Shown here: positions 8,309 through 20,200 of the stretch, piece by piece
Layout of the letters: every line of letters begins with the position of its first letter
How positions within the stretch are numbered: position 1 is the stretch's first letter
Virus record (IMG/VR): IMGVR_UViG_3300012665_000335
Coordinates: 1 to 37,609 of that record
DNA: 37,609 nucleotides
From: a virus
Lineage: Duplodnaviria; Caudoviricetes
Strand: one strand, 5' to 3'
Translations under genes and position numbers: made by a program
The notes under the pieces: model-generated
What the model saw: only the letters and a program-made list of their open reading frames with translations
Database searches by the model: none
What the model was told of the DNA's origin: nothing

Positions 8309-11300
8309 ATGGCTAAGGTAAAAGCAAAAGTATCTGCCGTTGTAGGTAAACAACTCCCAGAGTTTGTAAGAGAAGACCACCCATATTTTATTAACTTCTT
8401 AGAAGCATACTATGAGTGGTTGGAAACTAATTACAGACTTAGAGATTTAGAAAATCTATCCAGCGCAGATTCAACGTTAGATGAGTATGTAGAATATTTT
8501 GCTGATCAGTTTATGGCATTAATGCCAAGAGCTATGGTGGGCGATCGCAGACTTATGCTACAACATGCTAAGGAACTTTACTTAGCCAAAGGTACTCCAA
8601 AGTCATATGATCTTTTATTCAGATTAATGTTTAATGAGGTTCCTCAACAAATCTACTATCCAAAAGTAGACATGTTGAGAGCGTCCGATGGTAAATGGGA
8701 TCAGAGCACAATTATTCGTGGTTATGATTTAGTTGGCGATTCGTTTGATATTGTTGGAGAATTGATTTTTCAAGACCCAACTGGCTTCGGCGATCTCGGT
8801 GCGCAAGCACGTGTAGAATCAGTTATCAAATATAACGTAGGCATTCAGTTAATAACAGAGATTACTTTAAGCGCAACAAGCATTATTGGTGAGTTCCAGA
8901 CAAATCAAATTATTAGAGGAAAGAGTACTGTTACTGGTGATGATGTTAATGTTTTTCTAATTCCTATCATCAATAATATTAATGTTTCAGATAAAGGTAA
9001 GTATTACGACACTGGCTATCCAATCAATATTGATGAAGGTAGTGGTATCGACTTCACTGGAGAGATTAGTACAGTTTCAACAGGAAGTATTGATGGCGTT
9101 CATGTATCAGATGGAGGTTCTGGCCATTATGTAGGTCAGCCTATTTTATTCAACAACAATAATGCGGGTTATGGTGGAACATCTTCCGTTGAAAGTGCAG
9201 TAGCTGAAGTCTCAGAGGTTGATTACGGTTCTATATTATTAGAGTCTGCAGTTCGTTTTACGCCCTCTACTTTTGTTACTGCAGGAACTGAATTCTCATA
9301 TAAAGGTAGAAGCTATCGTGTAGTATCTAATGGTACACTTGCTACAACTGGACCAGTTCACACATATGGTGTATATGGAAATGGAACTGCACTTCTTAAG
9401 TATGTTGGTAAAGCATCCTCTCAATTAACAAACGAGAACGGCACTAGAACTTCATTAGAACAGTATCGTATTTACAAAACTGATGCGAACGACAATTATG
9501 ATTTTTCATTACCTGCTGTAGCTAATAACCTTTATGGTTCAATTAAATCAATACGAATGGTTAAGAAAGGTAAGCACTACAACAGCTTACCTGAAGTTTT
9601 TGTAATGACGGACTTTATTACGTCCATGTTCTCACAAGCTAACAGCAACGTTGTTACAGTTACAACTGAATTTACTCATGAGTTAGTGGAAGGTCAACAG
9701 GTTATTATTAATGGATCAGTGAATAGAATTGTTGATGGAACATTTAACGTTAATTCTATCATAGACAGTTACACGTTTACATATCGTTCTTCACAAGTAT
9801 TTGGTATAGTTGGATCACTTGCTGAACCAAATAAGAAGCAAACACTATGGGCAGATAAGAATTTGAATCCAGGTGCCCAGCGTAAACAGGGCACAGTAAA
9901 ACTTATTGCAACAAGTAATGATATTGGTGGCGTTTCCAAAGCCATTATTACTAACTTCGGTTACTATTATGATACCGCTAAACTATCTGCCACAGCACCT
10001 TTACTTGTTGATAGAATAAACGGATCTTTCGTTGGCGGTGAGACAATTACTCTTGCTCCCCAATCTTTATCTACTGAACTTTATGGTGATGAGTTATTAT
10101 TAGAGTCAGGGGATAAACTTCTTATTGAGTCGCAATCTACTGCGACGGGAACATTCGTTTCATATACAGCTGCTACAGGGATGGTAAAACTTTTCCCAGC
10201 TAGCACAAGACAAGCCATTTTGATGGAAGATGGTAGTGGTAATTTATTGACAGAAGAGTTTGATAGATTCACTGTTGGTAGCGCATGGACAGCACTAACA
10301 GAATATGAAGTTGGAACTATAATTAACTACAATGGTGTAGTATATGAAGTTATAACTCCAGGTTCTTCAGGCACTATCGCACCTACTCATATTCGTGGTG
10401 TTCAAAATAATGGATCAGTGAAATTAATGGTCACTAACGGTGCACTTAGTTTCGCTCGCAATACATTAGTTGGAGAACGTTCTGGTGTATTCAATAAGAA
10501 CAGCGTTCTAATCGGTAACACCAGTAACGCAACTGCTCGTATTGTAGACAGCGGAGTGGCTGGTTTAGTTGCTGGTATTGGCGCTGTCGGTGTTAACTCT
10601 GGCAATTTCGCAAACTCAGACGGTAAACTTTCAGACGGTTCTAAGAAACTACAAGACAGCTTCTACTATCAAGACTACTCATACGTTATTCGTATTGGTC
10701 AATCAGTTAAAAATTATCGCGATGCTGTTAAGAAATTATTACACCCAGTTGGTGTTGCATTATTCGGTGAAGTTAGCTTAACAAATCAAGTACAAGCGCT
10801 AATGCGTTTGATGAACCAAGAAAGAGCTATTCTTTCTAACATCATTAACTTAAACTTGAACGTACAGACTTTGGCTATTGGTAACTGGCAAACGTCAACC
10901 AATAGATTATTGATTGAGAACTCTGACATAAAAACTACCCTAGAACTAGAAGGTGGTGTTAGAGTTGCTATAACTCTTGAAGATGGTAACGATCTGTTAT
11001 TTGAAGATGGATCAATTTTTGTAACAGAACAAAGCGGAGAAGAAGGTAGAAGTCTTTTAACTGAAACTGGATATAAGTTTGTTGCTGAAGAACAACAATC
11101 AATTACATTCCCAGAGCATATACTAAACGAAACTTACGGATTCTTCCGTATGGAAAACGATGATACTCATACTAAGAGTAGAAATCCAGATGTAAGAAAA
11201 GAGCAGTGGATCATTAGTTTGGAAGACTTCGTTCCTTCGTTTAGCGATGCAGATGTTCTTAAACTTGAAGATGCAATAGAAGATGGTAACGGTCTTGTAA

Positions 11301-12721
11301 TTGGAGAAGATAATAACTTGCTATTGGAAGATGGCGGTCGCTTCTTGAAGCAACTACAACTATCTAAGCCTGCACCAAGTATGCGTATACTGCAGTCTGA
11401 AATGCTGCCTCCAGTTATTATACCTGAATTGCCACTAAACACAATTCATTTACTTGAGATGTCACCATCATCATTTAAAGAGATCGTGTTTGGTCTTCAG
11501 TCTTCTGTGAGTATGGGTTATTCAGATGGGGATATCCTACTGGAAGACGGTGGAAAACTTCTATACGAGGATGGTTCTACCATCAGCGATAGAGAGTCAT
11601 ATCCAAATATCCCTAACGACAAATCAGTTGCCAACATAGTTGTTGAAGTAGTTCCAGGTAACGTTGAACTAGACAACCTACTGCTCGAGAATGGTGAGTT
11701 CTTTTTAGTTGAAGACAGATACGCAGCTGGTGTAAACATTAACTCTACCATTGATTCTGCGTTGGCAGGTGCCACTGTTATTACTGGAAGAGCGCCAAAG
11801 GCACAGTGGACCAATGAATTGGTTGTCGGTATGACGATCACAGAAGGTACTCAGTTTAGTTTCTCACAACTGTACGGATTTGGTTCTGGCGCAGTTACTG
11901 CGGTAGATTTTAGTTTAGACCCAGTCACCTTTACTGTTGAGTTAGACTCACCTTTACCACAAACACGTGGAAGTACAGACTTTGTAAGTTTACAATTCCG
12001 TCTACCAAATTATAAGATACAAACAGACCATCAGTCTCAGTTCTTGTATAGATCAAACTTCTCATCGTCAACGATGCCAATGATTAGCGTAAATCCTATC
12101 ACTGGAGAACAAACCACAGAGAAGATGGAAGTTCGTGTCCAGTCAAGAGCTTCCTTTAAACCAACTGGAACAAGTATGTCGTTCCTAGAGCAGAGAAAAT
12201 TTGGCTTCGCCCCATACGTGTATGGAACTAAGGGTTCATTATCAGTAATTCCAGGTACCACATACATCGGTGTTAACTGGGAATCCACCACAAGTTTATT
12301 AACCAAACAAGTAGTTAACCACGATAACAAAGCATATGAAGTTGTGGTTGCTGGAACAACTGGCTCCACTGCACCTACCCATACTAGTGGAATTGTTGTT
12401 AATGGTACAGCTGAGTTACAATACATCGGTCCAGCGAAACTAAATAAAGAATACCCATCTGGCTTCACTGGAGCATGGGATGATCAATACCTTACTCCTA
12501 ACAGGGCGTATTGGAACAACGAAGGCATATTATTGGAGAACGGTGATTCGTTGTTGAATGAGAGCGCTGACGCTCATTTGTTAGAATTTATGGAATCGTC
12601 TGGCGACACGCAAATCAAAGATTTTGCGCATGTTACTATCTACGACATCATAAATAGAAAGAATAAGAAAACTAATTTCGCAGTAGGTTCGTATATCGAC
12701 ATCCTGAAATCTGCTGCATAA
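8309..12721 (+). CDS. gp7: Baseplate wedge initiator gp7, expanded with accessory modules
   Basis: QLPEFVREDHP.F..FLEAYYEW, LYLAKGT..SY.LLFRLMF, YPKVDMLRASDGKW and LQDSFYYQDYSYVI.....Y...VKKLLHPVG..LFG. Located between gp6 and gp8. Confidence 0.88.
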   Translation: MAKVKAKVSAVVGKQLPEFVREDHPYFINFLEAYYEWLETNYRLRDLENLSSADSTLDEYVEYFADQFMALMPRAMVGDRRLMLQHAKELYLAKGTPKSYDLLFRLMFNEVPQQIYYPKVDMLRASDGKWDQSTIIRGYDLVGDSFDIVGELIFQDPTGFGDLGAQARVESVIKYNVGIQLITEITLSATSIIGEFQTNQIIRGKSTVTGDDVNVFLIPIINNINVSDKGKYYDTGYPINIDEGSGIDFTGEISTVSTGSIDGVHVSDGGSGHYVGQPILFNNNNAGYGGTSSVESAVAEVSEVDYGSILLESAVRFTPSTFVTAGTEFSYKGRSYRVVSNGTLATTGPVHTYGVYGNGTALLKYVGKASSQLTNENGTRTSLEQYRIYKTDANDNYDFSLPAVANNLYGSIKSIRMVKKGKHYNSLPEVFVMTDFITSMFSQANSNVVTVTTEFTHELVEGQQVIINGSVNRIVDGTFNVNSIIDSYTFTYRSSQVFGIVGSLAEPNKKQTLWADKNLNPGAQRKQGTVKLIATSNDIGGVSKAIITNFGYYYDTAKLSATAPLLVDRINGSFVGGETITLAPQSLSTELYGDELLLESGDKLLIESQSTATGTFVSYTAATGMVKLFPASTRQAILMEDGSGNLLTEEFDRFTVGSAWTALTEYEVGTIINYNGVVYEVITPGSSGTIAPTHIRGVQNNGSVKLMVTNGALSFARNTLVGERSGVFNKNSVLIGNTSNATARIVDSGVAGLVAGIGAVGVNSGNFANSDGKLSDGSKKLQDSFYYQDYSYVIRIGQSVKNYRDAVKKLLHPVGVALFGEVSLTNQVQALMRLMNQERAILSNIINLNLNVQTLAIGNWQTSTNRLLIENSDIKTTLELEGGVRVAITLEDGNDLLFEDGSIFVTEQSGEEGRSLLTETGYKFVAEEQQSITFPEHILNETYGFFRMENDDTHTKSRNPDVRKEQWIISLEDFVPSFSDADVLKLEDAIEDGNGLVIGEDNNLLLEDGGRFLKQLQLSKPAPSMRILQSEMLPPVIIPELPLNTIHLLEMSPSSFKEIVFGLQSSVSMGYSDGDILLEDGGKLLYEDGSTISDRESYPNIPNDKSVANIVVEVVPGNVELDNLLLENGEFFLVEDRYAAGVNINSTIDSALAGATVITGRAPKAQWTNELVVGMTITEGTQFSFSQLYGFGSGAVTAVDFSLDPVTFTVELDSPLPQTRGSTDFVSLQFRLPNYKIQTDHQSQFLYRSNFSSSTMPMISVNPITGEQTTEKMEVRVQSRASFKPTGTSMSFLEQRKFGFAPYVYGTKGSLSVIPGTTYIGVNWESTTSLLTKQVVNHDNKAYEVVVAGTTGSTAPTHTSGIVVNGTAELQYIGPAKLNKEYPSGFTGAWDDQYLTPNRAYWNNEGILLENGDSLLNESADAHLLEFMESSGDTQIKDFAHVTIYDIINRKNKKTNFAVGSYIDILKSAA
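9254..12430 (+). repeat. Three dispersed ~52-aa CBM5/12-like modules in gp7 (9254-9409, 10283-10441, 12275-12430)
   Basis: Shared pattern [F/W]-x~13-[Y/H]x[G/N]xxY[R/E]V...G.....P.H..G...NG...L in all three copies. The repeat is seen directly, while the CBM identity is inferred. Confidence 0.7.
12649..12656 (+). promoter_or_regulatory. Late promoter candidate (CATAAATA) in the 3' end of gp7, upstream of gp8
   Basis: 7/8 match to TATAAATA about 90 nt before the gp8 GTG. Confidence 0.5.
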
Positions 12722-12747
12722 ACCAAGAAAAGAAATAGGAGACACAA

Positions 12748-14175
12748 GTGGCTGCAATTATTACAAATAAATTTCGCATTCATAATGCGCAGTCGTTCAA
12801 AGAAGGGTTCTCTGAAGCCGCAGATACTAAGATTTATCTGGGCATCGGAAGACCACAATCATGGGCGAACGAAAACTCACCAGACACCCCATACGATACA
12901 GTAGGCGACGAATTTTACAACTGGGACGATATGCTTGCATTGAAGCGTATTCAATCTACAGACGTATCTCTAGCTATCGTTCGTCGTAACTGGGTATCTG
13001 GTAAATATTATGACATCTATCGTCATGACTATAACGGTATTACAAGTGGCGTAAACTTGGACTCTGGCGCTGGCACTACACCAGCATCTTTGTTTGATGC
13101 TAACTTCTACGTTATCACTGACGAATACAACGTATACAAATGTATTCGTAACATCAATCCAGCAACTGGATTGGTTATTCCATCTACAGCAAAACCAACT
13201 GGCACATCTACTGCTGTTGTCACAACTTCTGACGGTTACGTTTGGAAGTATATGTACACTGTTGCTCCAGCTGACGTTTTGAAGTTTGTTTCTACAGACT
13301 TCGTGCCAGTTAAAACATTGGGTACAACCCCAGGATCTACAGATGCTTACTATGGTCAATTCTTGATCGAGCAAGCAGCGATTGATGGTTCTATTGAGAA
13401 CATAGTTGTCACTAACTTAGGAACTAACTATACAGCTGAGCAAGGTACTATTGCTGTTTCTATTGTTGGCGACGGTAACGGTGCTACTGCAACAGCTACA
13501 AGAGATTCGAATAACCGTATCGTTCGTATTAACGTAACGAATCCAGGATCTGGTTATACATGGGCACGTATCCTTATCGGACCACCAGCAACTGGCTCTG
13601 ATAATGCTACAGCAACTGCTATCATTTCACCAAAGGGTGGTCATGGTAAAGACGCTGTCGAAGAACTAGGTGGCTTCTACGTCATGATGAACGTTCGTTT
13701 GGAATATGATGATGGCGCTGGCGACTTCCCTATCGATAACGACTATCGCCGTATCTGTTTAGTTCGTGACCCATACAACTTTGGTACTACCGTTGTATCT
13801 TCTTCACAGACTTTAATTTCCAACAGAACTGCTAGTTATACTGCAACAAGCGGTACGTTTGCCATCGATGAAGAAATTTCTGGTGGAACTACTGGTGCTA
13901 AAGGACGTATCGTTTCTTTGAACACTGGTTCTACACCAAAGACTTTACGTTATATTCAAACTCGATCCGATTCTAATGACGCCACTACTGGTCGTTTGTT
14001 CCAAGTTGCTGAAACTATAACTGGTTCTATTAGTGGAGCTACTGGTACTATTACTGCGATTGCGGATCCAGATGTGGTTGCAGATAGCGGTGATATTATC
14101 TACGTTGAAAACCGTCGCCCTATCAACCGTGCTGGCGACCAGATCGAAGACATTAAGATCATCGTTGAAATGTAA
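12748..14175 (+). CDS. gp8: Baseplate wedge subunit gp8
   Basis: GTG start with AGGAG RBS. MAAIITNKFRIHNA, YLGIGRPQSW, NFYVITDEYNVYKCI, DGYVWKYMYT, ISPKGGHG.DAVEELG, NDYRRI and SGDIIYVENRRPINR..DQIEDIKIIVE motifs. Confidence 0.95.
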   Translation: MAAIITNKFRIHNAQSFKEGFSEAADTKIYLGIGRPQSWANENSPDTPYDTVGDEFYNWDDMLALKRIQSTDVSLAIVRRNWVSGKYYDIYRHDYNGITSGVNLDSGAGTTPASLFDANFYVITDEYNVYKCIRNINPATGLVIPSTAKPTGTSTAVVTTSDGYVWKYMYTVAPADVLKFVSTDFVPVKTLGTTPGSTDAYYGQFLIEQAAIDGSIENIVVTNLGTNYTAEQGTIAVSIVGDGNGATATATRDSNNRIVRINVTNPGSGYTWARILIGPPATGSDNATATAIISPKGGHGKDAVEELGGFYVMMNVRLEYDDGAGDFPIDNDYRRICLVRDPYNFGTTVVSSSQTLISNRTASYTATSGTFAIDEEISGGTTGAKGRIVSLNTGSTPKTLRYIQTRSDSNDATTGRLFQVAETITGSISGATGTITAIADPDVVADSGDIIYVENRRPINRAGDQIEDIKIIVEM

Positions 14176-14183
14176 AATAAATA
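14176..14183 (+). promoter_or_regulatory. Late promoter candidate (AATAAATA) upstream of the DUF4815-like gene
   Basis: Immediately after the gp8 stop, in a 41-nt intergenic gap. Confidence 0.65.
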
Positions 14184-14216
14184 TTGTTAGTGGATCAATA
14201 ACTAAGAGAAAACAGA

Positions 14217-17200
14217 ATGGCTATCAATTTTAACGTTGCACCGTATTATGATGATTTTAACGAAGATAACGATTATCTTCGCATCTTGTTCAGACCTGGA
14301 TATGCTGTCCAAGCACGTGAGCTGACACAGCTGCAAACTATTCTACAAAAACAAGTTAGTCGTTTCGGCGATCATGTGTTTAAGAATGGTTCGCTTGTTG
14401 TTCCAGGTTCTGTCAACGTAGATAACCAGATTCATTTTGCTAAGTTGGATAACGTATACTTATCGCAAACTGTTCGTAATTACTTACCACAGTTTGTGAA
14501 TAAGATTGTTACTGGCGTAGAATCTGGGGTTAAGGCTCTGGTTGTTGATACCTCTGAATGTGAATGCGTTATCGAAGATAAAGACATCCCAACTCTTTAC
14601 TATAAGATTGAAAGTCCAGGTGGTGACGAAGGTACAGTTAAGCGTTTCATCCCAGGCGAAACTATTGTTGCTTATGCAGTTGATAATACTGTTACCTCTA
14701 ACTATCGTTTGATCGCTGATCAAACTTCAGATCTTTTTGTAACAGTTAAATCATTCGGCGACAATGGTGTTGCTGCAACTACATATTCAAACATACCAAC
14801 ATCTGACGTTCTTGGATATGCATTTGCTGTTGAAGTTGAAGCTGGCGTTTACTATATCGATGGGTTCTTTGTTAAGAACCAAGAGATGCACTTATACGTT
14901 GGTCGTTTTAACACTACTCCATCTTTCCGTGTTGGATTTGAAGTTACTGAATCTATTGTAACTCCAGAAGAAGAACCAAACCTTGCTGATAATTCGCAAG
15001 GTTCTACTAACTATGCAGCTCCAGGTGCACATCGTTATAGAATTTCTGTTAACTTAATCAAGTTACCTTTAGACAGCACCGATGACATTCGCTTTATCGA
15101 ATTGCTTCGTGTTGTTCAAGGTCGTGTTCAAAATAAAATCGAGAAAGCGTCTTACGCTGAACTTGAGAAAACTTTGGCTCGTCGTACATACGACCAGTCT
15201 GGCGACTATGAAGTTAATAAGTTCAAACTAAACACTCGTGAGCATCTAAACCAGAATGGTGATGGTGTTTATCCAGCTATTCCAACTTCTGGTGAAGTTG
15301 TTGCTGATCAGATTTATGGCGATGAAGATAAATTCGTTGTAGCTGTAGATCCAGGTAAAGCGTATATCCAAGGTTTTGAAGTTGAGGTAACTGCTACTCA
15401 ATTCATTCCATTCAATAAAGCACGTGAGAATACAATTACTGGTGATGAGGGTGGTCACATCATTCGTGAAGAAGATTATCCAGTTGCCACACCAATCGGT
15501 AATTACGTTATTGTTAATAACGTATATAATTATCCAAACATTGCCACTTCTCAACTTGTGTATCTCTACGATGTCCCACGCAAAGTTTCTAATGGTGCTA
15601 CAGTAACCGTTACTTATGCGGACGGTACACCACCACCACTCGCTGATAAGATTGGTACTGCCAGAGTTAAAGCATTCCAAACTAACTCTAGTGCATATAA
15701 CAATGACGCCACAGAATTTAAGTTAGGTTTGTTTGATATTCAAATGGACACAGGTTCTGATGGCAACAAGTATGACTTTGCCAAATCTGTTAAGTCTATT
15801 GCTGGCGCAACTACAGGAACTACAGTATTTACCTGCGACATAGTCGGTGAACAATATCAACTATTGGGTGCGGGTACAGTTACCAATGGTAGCACTAACG
15901 TTGCTGGTATTGGTACACTATTCACTGAACAGGTTAGAGATGGCGACATTCTATACGTTGACGGTACTGCGGTAGGTATGATCGCAACACCTTTGGCAAC
16001 TGGCGTCCCATCTAATATTGCATTAGTTCTAAGCGCAAACTATGGTGGAACTACCAGAACTGGTGTTCTTTCCGTTATGCGTGCAACTATTCAGGAAGCT
16101 AGATACGACTCTCTAATTTTCCAATCTGCATTTAAGACATTAAAGACATTACGTGGGCAAGATGCTGACGGTAATGATACTGTCAAATCTAGTATCCAAA
16201 CAGTTCGTCGCATTATTACTGCACAGACCAGCGCAGGTGGAGAATGGAGTTATACTCTTGCATCACCTTCCGAGTTCTTCCAGTCCGTACAAGACTTATC
16301 AAATTATACTCTGTTTGCTGCTTCTACTAACACTTTCGTTAATTTAACTTCTAGTAATATTACGTTAGATGCTACTTTGCAGACTGTAACAATTTCTGCA
16401 TCATTATCTGCCAACGCATCTTATACTCTTATTACGAGTATTTTACAACGTGGTATCCCAGCTGGTGAGAAGACTAAGTCTCTACAACTAAACCAGAATG
16501 CAACATTCACTGGCAGAAAGGTTGTTAACGAATCTATCTTAACGCTACCTCATGCTGACGTTCTACGTATTGTTGATATTCGTGTCAATCCAGGTAACTA
16601 TGATGCATACGTTGAAGGTTCTTCTGTTTCTATTTTAGACAAGTATATATTTGATAACGGACAACGTGTTAGTCACTATCAGGCAGCTTCTGTTTCTCTA
16701 CTACCAAACGTGGCACCACCATCTGGTGCAATTCAAATTAAGTATGATTACTTTGAACACACTGGTTCTGGTAACTATTTCTCAGTAGATTCTTACGCTG
16801 GTTCTATTGCTATTGCCGCCAATAATTTTACATATGGCGATATTCCATCCTTCCCAGTTCGTGGAACTGATGGTAAGACTACAACTGTTTATCTGCATGA
16901 TGTGCTTGATTACCGCCCAGTAATTAGTGGGTCTAACACTTTCGCACCAGAACTACCAAAGATTGGTGAAGACTTTAACACTAGTATTGCTTATTACTTA
17001 CCACGTATTGATAAGTTGATCTTAGATTCTACTGGTCGTTTTGTTGTTATTCAAGGTATTCCTGCAGTGCAACCTAAAGACCCACAAGACCCTAAAGAGG
17101 GTATGGTTCTCGCAACAGTTGCAATCCCAGCATTTACAAAATCATTCAGAGATGTTCGTGTCTTCGGTAGAGATAATCGTCGCTACACAATGCGTGATAT

Positions 17201-20200
17201 CGCTGGATTAGAAAAGCGTATCTCCAATCTTGAGTATTATGTTTCTCTAACTTTGTTAGAACAAGAAACTAGCACTTTAGCAATTAAAGATGGTACAACA
17301 GGTCTTGATCGTTTCAAGAACGGATTTATCGTTGACCAATTTACTGGTCATGGCGTTGGCGATGTTAAGAATATTGACTACCGTATTGCTGTCGATCCAA
17401 ATAAAGGCGAGTTACGTCCAATGCACTTCACTGATGCGTTGGATATTGTTGAGGACGTAACCTCTTCCGACGAACGTTTTTCTAAGAGTTACCAGAAAAC
17501 TGGTGACATCATTACCTTACCATACACAACCTCTTTGACTGTGTTTAACCCATATGGTACTCGTACCATTGACGTTAACCCTTATAAAATTGCAGCCTTT
17601 AAAGGTGAGGTCACTCTAATACCAGAAGGTGATAACTGGAAAGATACAGATCGTAGACCAGACTTAGTAGTTACAGATAATAATAACTTCGATGCCATTA
17701 AGTTTATGGCAGACACTTTGGGGGTCACTGGCACTCAATGGGGTGCGTGGCAAACACAGTGGACAGGATCAAGTTCAACATCTTCTAGCTCAGAATCTAC
17801 TAGTGGTTGGGTCACAACAGGATATGAGACTACAACTACAGTTGATACTGGAGTAACTTCTCGTACTGGTATACAAACAAGCCTACAAAGCAGCGTTAAC
17901 CAAATCGATTACGGTGATAGAGTTGTAGATATCTCGTTTGCTGAATTTATGAGAGCACGTCCAGTGTCTTTCTTGGCTCTTAACTTAAAACCATTAACTA
18001 AATTCTACGCATTCTTTGATGATGAATCAGTTACTGATTATTGCCAACAAGCGGATGTGTTTAAATTAACACGTGCCTCTGGCGCAACCTTCATGAAGTT
18101 TGATTTGGAATCTGTAAGAGAACGTGTTGTTGCTACCGATCCACAAAGAACATATCGTGCTCAAGCTGAACCTGCATTCCAAGTTGGTGACGTTATTGAG
18201 AACTCTGTTCATACAGCAGCTACTATTCAGACTATGACTAATATTAGCTCTGTGACGGATCCTTTAGGTTTGCCGTCATTCACCCTTACTGTGAACAGTA
18301 CTACAGGGTTGGGAGTTGGCCATCATGTTCAGTTGTACAACTTGGGCGCAGGTGCATTAAGTAATATTATTACATATGAAAAAATTACAAGACAACAAAC
18401 AACAATCATTAACCGTTCTTTGTTGACATCAAAACAATTAAACAACAGAGTATTTAAAATTTCTGCCATTAGTGGCACTACTGTTACTTTGGTTAGTTTA
18501 GATGGAAGAAACATAGCACCGTTCGATTCATATAATAAGTTAGCATATAGAGGCACTGATGGCGGCAAGTTGCTAAGATTGCGTGCCTCTGGTGTTGTTA
18601 TAGGTGATGGTATAATCGATAGCGTAGATACTGATGGTATTTCCCCATTAGTGCAAGATGTGCATGTAGTGAATATTAAAAACGGCTTCTCTATCGGAGA
18701 AGCAGTCACTGGTGTCGTTTCGTTCCCTGGATCTGCACGAAATCGTGCAACTATCACTGGCATCAATGGTAATACTACAACTGGGTCATTACCAGTGATG
18801 GTAACAATGGGTGCAGGAATTAGAACTGACGCTTCAGGTAATGCCTTTGGTGTGTTCTATCTACCAAATAATAATAACATTAAGTTTAGAACAGGCGAGA
18901 AAGACTTTAAGCTAATCGATAACATCAGCAACTCTGATGCAGACTTCGACTCTAAGGGTAGTATCACTTACTTCTCAACTGGCGTAACACTATCAAAAGA
19001 ACGTACTATTGTTAACAGCCGTACTGCTAACTTTGTTCGTGACCGTGTATACGAAGCTATTCCAGCTCGTCGTGTTTCTACGTCAACACGTGTTCTGTAT
19101 CAGATTGATAGAACACCACGTCCACCTCCACGTCGCCATGACCCTATTGCACAAACTTTCACTATTAGTGCTTTAGGTGGTGCGTTTATAACTCATGTAG
19201 ACTTGTATTTCTCTGAAGCAGGTAATAGACCAATTACCGTTGAAATTAGAAATACAAACTTGGACGTTCCGTCAACAAAGATTGTTCCACAGTCTGTTGT
19301 GACAAAAATGCCAAGCCAGATCCTCACTTCTGTTGATGGTTCTGTTGCAACGAGATTCACATTCCCTGCACCTTTATACTTACAAGACAATGAATCTTAT
19401 GCTTTAGTGGTTAAGACAGATGAGCCTGGATGCCAAATCTTTGTTTCTGAAGTTGGTAAAGAAGATATCGTTACTGGTAACTTAGTTGCATCTAACCCAT
19501 TGACTGGTTCCTTGTACCTATCGCAGAACAGTAAAGAATTTGAAATCAATCCACTGTTAGATTTGAAGTTCCGTCTATATAAGGCAGACTTTGAAACTAA
19601 TACTGTTGCTCAGGTTCAATTTAAGACACAACCACCTAAGGCAGTTACTCTATTGGATAATCCATTCGAGATTAGTACTGGCACTGACGTTGTTCGTGTA
19701 CACCACAGACGCCATGGCTTCACTGCTGGCGATACTGTATTGATTGAGAATGTTGAGGTGTATAGCGACTTAGATACACAAGCATTAAAGTACTACGGCA
19801 CTGGTAGCAGTAGTTATGGTATTCCAGCTGAAGTATTGAATGGTGCCCACGAAGTTCTTGCAGACGGTATCGATCTAGATTCTTTCTGTATCAGAATTCA
19901 AACTCAAGATGAGTATATCGATGAAAATGGACTATCTGATCCAAACATACTAATCACCGCAGTTGGTGGTGTTGAACCAGCTACTGTTGCTGAAGGTTTA
20001 GCTCTACTAATCAAAGGTAATTATGGTGGAACTGGAGTTCGTGCAACTCGTCAACTATTCGTTGATTATCTATACCTAAAGGCAGATGCTATTTCTCCAA
20101 CTGACACTAAAGTTGATTGGACTATTCAGGCAATGTCTCAGGATAATTCCGTCACTGGATATCAACCACTTTCTCAGAATACAGACTTCTCTTTCGGGTC

